Shown: in pieces, positions 36,634 through 45,600 of the stretch
Layout of the letters: each line of letters begins with the position of its first letter
Numbering within the stretch: position 1 is the first letter of the stretch
Assembly (NCBI GenBank): GCA_009694725.1
Contig: SICV01000002.1
Location: 26,966-90,965, forward strand
Direction: 5' to 3'
Source: Candidatus Pacearchaeota archaeon
Lineage (GTDB): Archaea > Nanobdellota > Nanobdellia > Pacearchaeales > GW2011-AR1
DNA length: 64,000 bases
The notes under the pieces: model-generated
Databases searched by the model: none
Told to the model about the DNA's origin: nothing
Seen by the model: the letters and a program-made list of their open reading frames with translations, nothing else
Made by a program: the position numbers and the translations under genes

Positions 36634-37140
36634 TTAGATCCATCGCATGAGCTTATTGGGGACTCGTCCGGTGTCGTTACAGTGATAGACCTTATGGAGT
36701 GATTGGCCGAGGGGGCCACTTATGCCATAGCTTTTTTTGAGCCAGGCTGCATTTTCTGAAGAGAGGGCGAGTCGGGGTGCTTTGAACAGGGCAGGTGTTT
36801 GATTGAAACAGTCTTGGAATGCTTTGATCCCTGGTTGGAGATAAGATTCATTTCTGAGTGTATCAAATTCATTATAGGTATGGTGAATGCCATGAAGGCC
36901 GAGGGTTTTGTTTAAGGAGAGGATTTCTGCACACCATGTTTTGTTAGTGGCGATGCTTTCATCGTTGAAGAAGGGGACGATCCAGAGTACGTCTACTTTG
37001 TTGAGGAGTGCTTCTTCACAGGGGATGCCGGGGGTGACGTCATCTATTTCTTGAGGGGAGAGGCTACGAATAAGGAAGAAGATGAACAGAAGACACCCCA
37101 CGGTTTGGAGACTTCTTTTTACGAGCTTTGCTTTGTGCAT
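36634..37140 (-). CDS. signal-anchored secreted protein (DUF2334/deacetylase-like?)
   Basis: N-terminal TM, LGLHGIHHTYNEF. The ATG lies 5 nt downstream of the tRNA-Thr 3' end. Confidence 0.55.
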   Translation of the reverse strand: MHKAKLVKRSLQTVGCLLFIFFLIRSLSPQEIDDVTPGIPCEEALLNKVDVLWIVPFFNDESIATNKTWCAEILSLNKTLGLHGIHHTYNEFDTLRNESYLQPGIKAFQDCFNQTPALFKAPRLALSSENAAWLKKSYGISGPLGQSLHKVYHCNDTGRVPNKLMRWI

Positions 37141-37145
37141 TGGTA

Positions 37146-37269
37146 AGCCTCCAGGGGGAATCGAACCCCCGACCCTTAGTTTTTCTGCGTGTTCACCGTT
37201 TGGGTGAAGCGTGAGGGGTGAAACCCCTACGCTACAAAACTAATGCTCTGCCAACTGAGCTATGGAGGC
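37146..37269 (-). tRNA. tRNA-Thr (anticodon TGT) with 51-nt intron at 37/38
   Basis: Hand-folded. Acceptor GCCTCCA/TGGAGGC, D arm GCTC-AGTTGGCA-GAGC, anticodon stem TTAGT/ACTAA with loop TTTGTA[intron]A, T arm GGGGG-TTCGATT-CCCCC. Confidence 0.85.
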
Positions 37270-37286
37270 ATTCTAGAACCAAGGTT

Positions 37287-37395
37287 CTATAACTCCTTTC
37301 TCTCCTTTGAAAAGAAAAGGGGAACCAGGCCCTATAACTCCTTTCTCTCCTTTGAAAAGAAAAGGGGAACCAGGCCCTATAACTCCTTTCTCTCC
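37287..37395. repeat. 45-bp tandem repeat, 2.4 copies
   Basis: Unit CTATAACTCCTTTCTCTCCTTTGAAAAGAAAAGGGGAACCAGGCC at 37287, 37332 and 37377 (partial). The copies are perfect. Each unit carries GGAGTTATAG (minus sense), a TATA-like box facing tRNA-Thr. Confidence 0.9.
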
Positions 37396-37501
37396 AGATA
37401 TGGAAAGAATCTTGTCTGTATTGGGTGATTTTGAGCGTTCAAAAAGCTTTGTTTTTCTTCTAACGGTACGCTTAAATAGGGTTTTTTATATTGTTTTTTA
37501 C

Positions 37502-37573
37502 GGTCCTGTCGTCTAACGGTTATGACACATCTTTGACGTGGATGGGGCCCCAGTTCAATTCTGGGCAGGACCA
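37502..37573 (+). tRNA. tRNA-Val (anticodon GAC)
   Basis: Acceptor GGTCCTG/CAGGACC, anticodon arm CATCT-TTGACGT-GGATG, T arm CCCAG-TTCAATT-CTGGG. TATA GCTTAAATAGG upstream. Confidence 0.8.
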
Positions 37574-37617
37574 CTTCTTTCTACATTTTTCCTTCCTTTG
37601 TTGTCTGTGTGATTTTA

Positions 37618-37662
37618 CTTACTAAGTAAGATAGTAAGTAAGTTACTAATAAGTTTTATATA
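37618..37662 (+). promoter_or_regulatory. two TTACT/AGTAA palindromes abutting a TATA box
   Basis: CTTACTAAGTAAG (37618-37630, perfect palindrome), AGTAAGTAAGTTACT (37634-37648), then TTTTATATA (37654-37662). Confidence 0.45.
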
Positions 37663-37694
37663 GTAGGGTAGAGTGTGGATGCAGAGGAGAGAGG

Positions 37695-37829
37695 ATGAAG
37701 AAATACTTACTATTAGTTGAGGATGAGCGCATATGGGAGCAGTTTAAGAAAGTGATTAGCCAGGATTTGAATACAGAGATTTTGCAGTTAATTCGCGAGA
37801 AGGTGGGGGTATCACATGGGAAAAAATAG
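37695..37829 (+). CDS. 44-aa protein, possibly RHH-type regulator
   Basis: MKKYLLLVEDERIWEQFKKVISQDLNTEILQLIREKVGVSHGKK. Preceded by GGAGGAGAGAGG. Overlaps the next ORF by 14 nt. Confidence 0.4.
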   Translation: MKKYLLLVEDERIWEQFKKVISQDLNTEILQLIREKVGVSHGKK

Positions 37830-39639
37830 GGGGCAGACGGTCACGCTCTTTGTTATCATTGCGTTGGTCTTTGTGGGTGGTATTGCTGGATATTTTGCGG
37901 TGCAGAAGGGATTGTTAGGTACTCAAGACACTGAATCATTTAGTGCGGTGTATCAGTATTATGATCAGTGTGTACAACAAGCCCTTCAGGAAGGGGTTGA
38001 GCTTGCAGGATTGCAAGGGGGATGGATATATGTCCCGGATTATATTGAAGGAAGTACGCGGTATCCAAGTGGATCGCAGCTTTCTTTCTTAGGACAAGGC
38101 ATTCCCTATTGGTTATATGTTTCTGGAAATGGACAATTAGTTGAGCAGGTACCGACTAAAACGCAGATGGAACAAGGTATTGCGCGCTATATCAAAGAGG
38201 AAGTTGCTTTGTGTGATTTTGGTCCTTTATACGTACAAGAGTATGAAATTGGATCAACGGTTGACACGGTGACGGTCAGGGTTGGTGAAGGAACGGTTGA
38301 TGCTGTGGTAAAGGGAGAACTTTTGGTTGCGCGCGATGGACAGGAAGCACGAGTTTCTTCTCGTAGTTATTCAGAAGCAAGTCAGTTAGGTGCACTGTAT
38401 CTTCAAGCACTTGCCTGGTATCAGTCTGAAAAAGAAAGTGCTCTTTTGGAAAATTATACTCGTGATGTGTTGGTTAATTATGCTCCGGTTGATGGGGTTG
38501 AAGTGAAGTGTGGTCCGCAGGTATGGGAAACACGAAAGGTAGTGGATACACTTCGTGAAGGAATAAGTGCTAATCTGGGGGCATTGTCTTCCGAACGAAC
38601 AGGGTATTTCAAAGTAGTTGGAGAAGGAACGGCTCCGGTTCGTTTTATGAGTGATTCTTCCTGGCCAGGGCGAGTTGAAATTTATGGGGAGGGCGTTTCT
38701 CAGGAAGTGATGCTTGCACAGCCCATTGGTACACAACAGGGATTAGGGGCACTTGGCTTTTGTTATGTGCCGTATCATTTTGTGTATGATATTGTTCATC
38801 CAGTGCTAGTACAATTTGGAGAAGGAGATGGTGATCTTTTTCAATTTCCGTTGATTCTTGTTATTGATAAAAACCTTCCTCGTCAGGGATTGAGTGGAGA
38901 GATTGAGCAAGGGCCTTCTCAGGATTTGTGTTTACAGCTAACTGAGGAACTTTCTATTCGTGTTTCAGATGTTGCTTTAGAACCTGTCCTCAATGTAACT
39001 GTTTCTTATTCTTGTTTTGATCAGGAGTGTCGGGTTGGAGAAGGGAATGGCGTTGTGCAGGGTAAGGCACCAGGATGTGTGAATGGACAGCTCGTTGTTC
39101 GTGCTCCCGGTTATCAGGAGAAATCACTTTTGTTTTCTTCTACTGAGGAAGAAGAAGCAGATATTATTCTTGATAAAACGTATCCTGTTCGAGTAGCATT
39201 GTTTGCGGGGGGGAAGGAAGTTGGGGAGACAGGGATTGTTTCGTTCCACGGTACTGCACAGTCTACTGCAGTTGTTCCTTCTCAAACCGAGGTTTCTTTG
39301 GTTGAAGGTTTGTATAATGTGAGTGTATTGGTGTATGGGAATACGAGTATTCAGCTTGAAGCTTCAACAACTCAGCAGTGTGTGGATGTACCTATTGGAG
39401 GGATCGGGGGACTCTTTGGGGGAACAAAGGAGCAGTGCTTTAGTGTGACTATTCCTGCAAGTACGGTTGAGTATGCATTATTGGGTGGAGGAGAGAGTAC
39501 CGTGTATTTGTTCCCTGCAGATTTAGAAGATGGACAAGTGCGTATTGATATCCCTGCTCTTCAGAAACCAACCTCTTTGACTCAGTTACAAACCTTTTAT
39601 GATCAATTTACTACTCAATCTGCGATGGTGACTCCATGA
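37816..39639 (+). CDS. 607-aa surface protein with pilin-type class III signal
   Basis: MGKNRG|QTVTLFVIIALVFVGGIAGYF. No recognisable domain in the remainder. ATGA overlap with the giant gene. Confidence 0.7.
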   Translation: MGKNRGQTVTLFVIIALVFVGGIAGYFAVQKGLLGTQDTESFSAVYQYYDQCVQQALQEGVELAGLQGGWIYVPDYIEGSTRYPSGSQLSFLGQGIPYWLYVSGNGQLVEQVPTKTQMEQGIARYIKEEVALCDFGPLYVQEYEIGSTVDTVTVRVGEGTVDAVVKGELLVARDGQEARVSSRSYSEASQLGALYLQALAWYQSEKESALLENYTRDVLVNYAPVDGVEVKCGPQVWETRKVVDTLREGISANLGALSSERTGYFKVVGEGTAPVRFMSDSSWPGRVEIYGEGVSQEVMLAQPIGTQQGLGALGFCYVPYHFVYDIVHPVLVQFGEGDGDLFQFPLILVIDKNLPRQGLSGEIEQGPSQDLCLQLTEELSIRVSDVALEPVLNVTVSYSCFDQECRVGEGNGVVQGKAPGCVNGQLVVRAPGYQEKSLLFSSTEEEEADIILDKTYPVRVALFAGGKEVGETGIVSFHGTAQSTAVVPSQTEVSLVEGLYNVSVLVYGNTSIQLEASTTQQCVDVPIGGIGGLFGGTKEQCFSVTIPASTVEYALLGGGESTVYLFPADLEDGQVRIDIPALQKPTSLTQLQTFYDQFTTQSAMVTP

Positions 39640-42600
39640 GATATTGGCTTTTTCTTTTTGCTTGTCTGTTTGTGTTGCCCTCTGTGTATGCTGGATCTGC
39701 GTCATTTGTTACGAATCAGTATACGCAGCCTAGTTTCAATACGTATTATGGGGGGAGTATTGGCACGTATTGGCCTATTTTGGATGAGAAAGAGCAATGT
39801 TTGGCTCGGCAAGATGTCTTGATGCAGGTTGCTCCTGCAGGCTGTCAACCGTCGGTTGTGCGGAGTGATCTTCTTGCTGAACAAAATGTGCCCGTGTTCT
39901 GTCAATTGAATGCGTTACAGATTAATCCGTTAGTGACTATTAAGGAACTTGAAAGCATACGATTCACCGGGAATTATCCGAAAGAAGTGAGCAGTGTCGG
40001 GTTCCACCCTGCTCGTGCAGCATTACGAACACGAGACCAATTATTGGGAGATCCGTTACTGAATAATGTAGGGTATGTCGTGATTGTATTAAAGAAACAA
40101 CCGAAAGAATCAGAGTTGCCCAGTTCAGTGAAGCTGATGCTTTCTGCAAACATCAAATATGATGCGGGGAATGCACGCGGGGTAGGAAAATCTGAATTTT
40201 TATTGACTGAACAGAGCGATGAGGAATGGACGCAAGCACAAAAAGAGGGGAGACAGGGATTTTTCAATGGTAAGTATCAGGTTCGACTTGAAGATGCAGA
40301 TGTGCGCGGAGCGACAGTCGGTATTTATTCAGGAGTACGTAAACTTGGAGAAGCACAGGTTGAGCAAGGGAAACAATCTTCTGAAATCTTTTTACCCGGT
40401 AGTTATTGTCGTGCAGGCGTACGTGCTGAATTGCTGGGCTATGAGATTGGTAAAGAACGAGCAACCTTACGTATTACTGGAACATACGGGACTGAAACTG
40501 TTGATGTGTACCAAGGGAGTAGTTTCTTACAGGGGCAGTGTCGCTTGACCCGGTTAGTGATTGATAATCGTACGGGGAGAACGGGAGAAGTGGAGATTAA
40601 ATGTGCGAGTGCTAAAGCGTTCAAATTGAAATTATTGCCGAATGCAGGGGTGTATGAGGTCTTTACTCTTGATGATGGTTCGTTGATTACTCCTTCTCAA
40701 ACAGGGGAGATTGATTTCGGACAACGAACTCCTGCTTATACCTCAGGGAGATTTCGTCTGAGCAGCATTGGAGCATTGCAACATTATAATCAAACAGCTC
40801 AAGGACAGGGATGGGTGAATCTCTCTTTGACTGGTTCTGGAGAACAGGTTCTCTGGTATCGAGCTTTGTTGGTTGGTTTGCAAGAGCATCTGAAACAACA
40901 GAAAACACAGAATACTCCCACTCCGAAGGTATTACGTGAAAAGAGTTATGCTTCAGATATTGAAGCAAACTTTAGCGCCACCATTGCTTCATATCGTGCG
41001 GTTGCGCAGCAGTATCCGGGAGAGAAAGGAACTGACTTGGAAGGTATTGAAACGTATGGGGAGCAAGCCTTGTACCGTGCGGCACAGCTTGCAGGTTCAT
41101 ATGGAAAACAAAGTACACAAGCGACGTTATTACAAGAGTTACTGACTACGTACCCCGACTCTGTATCCTTTATTCGTTATCAACAAGAATTGACTCAGTT
41201 AAGTGAGATTGATGGGTCTGAATCAAGTGCCGTACTTTCTCTGCAAAATGTGTATCGTACGATTACGCTGACGAGCTTGATTCGTCCTGCTCAAACTGCC
41301 TCCGTTCGATTACAGATTAATAATGAGCCGGTGATTTTACACGTTGGGGAAAATTGGACACGAGATTCTGGGTTTATTCGATTGTCTCGTTTAGAAGCAG
41401 ACCGGGTTTTACTTGAAACAAATTGTGCGTTTAATGTGCGTCGTGCTGAAACTTCCTTTGTTCAAGTAGAAGAACGTTCAGGAAGGGGAGGGGTACGAAC
41501 GGTAACAATGGGTGAAAATGATGATGGGACGATTTGTGGGCGGGGAGTACGTATTGCTGAAATTGATAGTGAGAAACTTGCACGTATTCGATTGACGACG
41601 AGTGCTGAACGTACTGAGACGACTACGAATGTGTCTGTGCAGATAGGGATTGAAAAACGTGCAATTCAATTATCTCCCGCGAAAACTGCGGAACGTATTG
41701 GAAACTTGAATAAAAGCATTCAGAAATGGGATCAATTGAACAAAAATGTGGGGAAGGTTGTTACGACCATGAAAGCAGCCTGTTTTGCTACGGCTGGGGT
41801 GTTGACGGTGAAGAATTTCTTTGCTGGTTTAAGCGGGAAAGGATTCGCGCGGAAAGAAGCGATGAACGGAGCGAATGGGTGGACTGAATTCTGTCGGAAA
41901 CAGGTTGGTGCTGGAACAGATGGTTTGCGGACGTTTGATCAGTGTTATCTCAAGTATGCTCCCGATATCGATGCAGATGTAGCGAAGCGAGATGCTGCGG
42001 TGAAACAAGTAAATGCACGTATTACGGCCATTCAAAAACAGGACGGGGTGAAGACTTCGGAAGGGTTCTTTGGTGATTCTGTGAATACTGATGAAGCTGC
42101 GAAGCGGTATCGTACGGAGTTACAAAATACCTATGGCGATACATTAAAGGGTGTTTCTCTTGAACATGCAAGTTACACTGAATTACGTGAATTAGATATG
42201 AATCTCTTACTCCAACAGCAGGGAGGAGGGAGTGAGCAATTACAGAAAGATGCGCGTGTCAAATTAGAAGGTATTCAGAAGAGTGCGGCTGGTCAAGCTC
42301 TTCTTGCTCAACAGCTTAAAGCGGATGCAGAAGTTGCACAACGGGGAGATATTCGAGGGTTGGTTGTTGCTCCAAATTCTCAATTACCTCGACAAGCAGC
42401 GATTATTTCTCAAGCTGCGGTGAATACGACTGGAGCACTGTATTATGCAGGAGACTTCAAGTATTATACAAAAGTTATTGCAACAGGTTCGTCTGATGCT
42501 CAAGGTAATACCTATGGTTCTGATACCTATGGATTAGGACTTGCTAAGCAATCTGACGGCACGTATGTTGTACAAGAAGTCTTTCAATCAGATGGCACTC

Positions 42601-45600
42601 CCTTACCTGCTGGTGAACGAGAACGCTTTATTACGCAGTATAATGTTGGCTCCTTCAAAGATAGTGCCTCTTCGAATTGGGAGAAGTACAAGTGGGATAA
42701 GCCAGTTATCCAGTATTATGAGACTGATCCGTATAAAGGGTTGCCTGCATTAGTGCCAGTTGATCCTGATCATGGGTGGTATGCAGCAACGAAACAAACC
42801 TTGCCTGCCTTTGGAGGGCTTGCAGGGTGGGAGAGTTCAGGCAGAGTAGCGAGCTTTTACTTATGTAATGTGGGAGAGAATCGAAAACCTGATGTGTTCA
42901 ATGGGTATAATGATGATAGTTGTACGTTGATTAATCTTGCTTCTGGCCAAGCAGCTGATAAAGTGCCCGGTGTTTCAGAAACACGTGCACAACAGTTAGT
43001 GAAACAAGCTCGTGAAGCATTAGAAGAAGCTGCTCGGGCGCATAAGCAGGGAGCAAAGAGCCTACGACTGCAAGGAAGTCAGCATAAAACGCCTTATGCA
43101 GTTGAGAAACCTGCTGTTTCGGTGCCGGGTGTGCAATGTCAAGACTTTATGAGTCCAACCGAATGTAATTTGTTGTTTAATGTGTGTGATCCGGTGATTT
43201 GCCCGGCGAGTCGGTGTGATTTTGGAGGGAAATATCCTGTCCAGGATGTTATCCAATCAGGTATTATTGGAAGTACGTTGTTGTGTATGCCTAATTTCCC
43301 TGAAGTGAAGATACCGGTGTGTTTGAGCGGTATTCATGCAGGGATTGATGCGTATACGAAGATTTTGCAAGCGCATCGGGATTGTTTACAGGAAAGTTTG
43401 ACATCGGGACGAATGGTGGGCATTTGTGATCAAATTTATTCGATTTATAGCTGTGAATTCTTCTGGCGGCAACTTAGTCCGATTGCTAATTTAGTGGTAC
43501 CTAAATTATTTGAACAAGCTCAAGGGCAGGGAGCACGAGGAGGGGGAGAATATTTGACGGTTCAGAATGCTTGGACAAACACAAAGCAAAGTACGGATTA
43601 TTTGACTACTGTATATGGGGTGAATGCGTTTAAAGCATTCCAGGCACGAAGTACCGAGGAAGTTGGTGGGGAAGTGTGTAAAGGGTTTATATCTGGTACC
43701 TTCCCTGGGAGTTTCAAAAGTTTAGTACAACCCGATAGTCCAGTGCAATTTAATGCTTTTTTCAGCACTATTAAGTATACGGATGCAACGGTACCGGCGA
43801 CCTCCCAGTATAAGGTGTTTTATCATATTTATGCGGGGAAGGATCAGGGCATTAGTTATCGTGTGTTTTTGAAGAATCCCCCTGCAACGAGTTATTATGC
43901 TTCTCAGCCCACTATTCAAGTGAGCTCGGGTTTCATTGGGAAAGGATTGTTTAAAGATGAGACCAAAGACTTCACGGCTCCGGAAGGATACCAAGAATTA
44001 TGTGTCGTCATTAATGGGGATGAACGGTGCGGATTCAAACAAGTGTCTACTTCCTTTGCGGTGAATCAATTGCGGGATGCAGTGGTGGCAGATGAATTGA
44101 AGAATACCAATATTGCGAGTGAACAAGCGTGTATTTCAGGTACGGTGAGTGCGGCTGCTTTGTTGAATCCTAATTTGAATCAAATGGCTGATGAAGCTGC
44201 TGATCCGGCGATCTATCGCCGCGGGATCATTCGAGTGTGTTCGAGTGGGAACCCAGGTCAAACAACTGATCCGAGTCGGTTTGCGGATGTGGGATATTGT
44301 GGGGATATGAAATTGCGGTGTTGGTTAGATCGACAAAGCGTGCAGAATGCTATCACTGATGTCAATAAAGGGGTTAAGAATGAAACCTATCAGTGGTTTG
44401 CGAATCAAACTCTTGCCAATCTTCAGAAAGATGGGAAAGTATTAGGTGCTGATGCGGGCTTTTCGGAATTGACGCGTCTTGAGGGTGTGGTGAGTGGCCT
44501 TGAGAATTATCAAGGGCAGAAATCGAGGTTATCTGCTGATCAGTCTACTCGTCTGGGATTGTTATTCCTTGAATTTGGACAGACGAAAGAAGCGTTGTTC
44601 TTTAATCATCATCGTGCACGTTTGGGGTGGTTAGTGGGACGAGCACAGGAAGTCTTGTTTAAACATACGTTTGCGGCACGGGCGGACGATACTAGACAGA
44701 CTGGGCAATTGGATAAGGGGATATTGGTACGTGAGAATGGGCGTGTGTGGGAAATTCGTTTTGATCGATCGCAACCGTGGGAGTCTTTTGATTCATTCTT
44801 GTCTAGTAACGATTATGCTCAACAATTAAGTGCATTCCAGAGAGCATTGGTTGATTATCTTCAGATTACTGATCCTGAAGAAGCACATATTACGTTACTT
44901 GGAGGTTCGGGCAGGGCGCAAGGAGTTACGGTAACTTCGACAAATGAGACTGAACAAGCATATTACTATATCCCCTTTGGTGATTCGCCGAGTTCTTCTG
45001 ATGTGGGGACGAATGGTAATCCTGCGGTTGCTGCTCAAGATGCTGCTGGTGCGGGTTCTTCTGGAACGGCGGGAGTTGGTGGCGCTCAGGGAGTTACACC
45101 CGTTATCTCAGTTTCTCGTATTATTTGTACGTTAGCTACGACGAGTGAACTTGATGCTCCTGCGGTTCATTTTGGCTTTAATACGGTGATCAGTAAATGG
45201 GAATGGTCTTTCGACAAAAAGAATTGGAATGCATTGACTGAAATATATGGAATACACGAAGACACCGACCAATCTTTTCAATTGTCTGGGAATGCTTCTT
45301 TAGTTGCTCAAGCATTGCAGTCTACGTCTTCCTTTGCTGTTGGAAAAATTGATTTACAGAAGTATGGGGCGACGGGAGAATGTCTTACTGCTTCGACACC
45401 TGTTGTAGCCGGAACAACTTCTCCTTCTGGAATAGCTGCGGGTTCTTCTCTTTCTGGAGAGTTATTTTTACATTTCACTTCTCAAGGAGTATGGAAGGTT
45501 TCTTTGCGAAGTGCAACTGGCATAGCTTATTCTCTTGACGCTTTCAATGAGCTTTTCTTGGGTTCCGCAGGTCTTTCTCTTGAATATCTTCCCCTTCTTG

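Noticed and set aside
37287-37395. Possible mini-CRISPR array (regular direct repeats between two tRNAs)
   Set aside because: The 45-bp units are directly abutting with no unique spacers. There are only 2.4 copies and no cas genes in the window. It is a plain tandem duplication.
37243-37516. ORFs 37243..37428 and 37307..37516 encoding repeated peptide NSFLSFEKKRGTRPY
   Set aside because: The repeated peptide is simply the translated 45-bp tandem repeat. The ORF starts inside tRNA-Thr antisense sequence. There is no promoter or start context.
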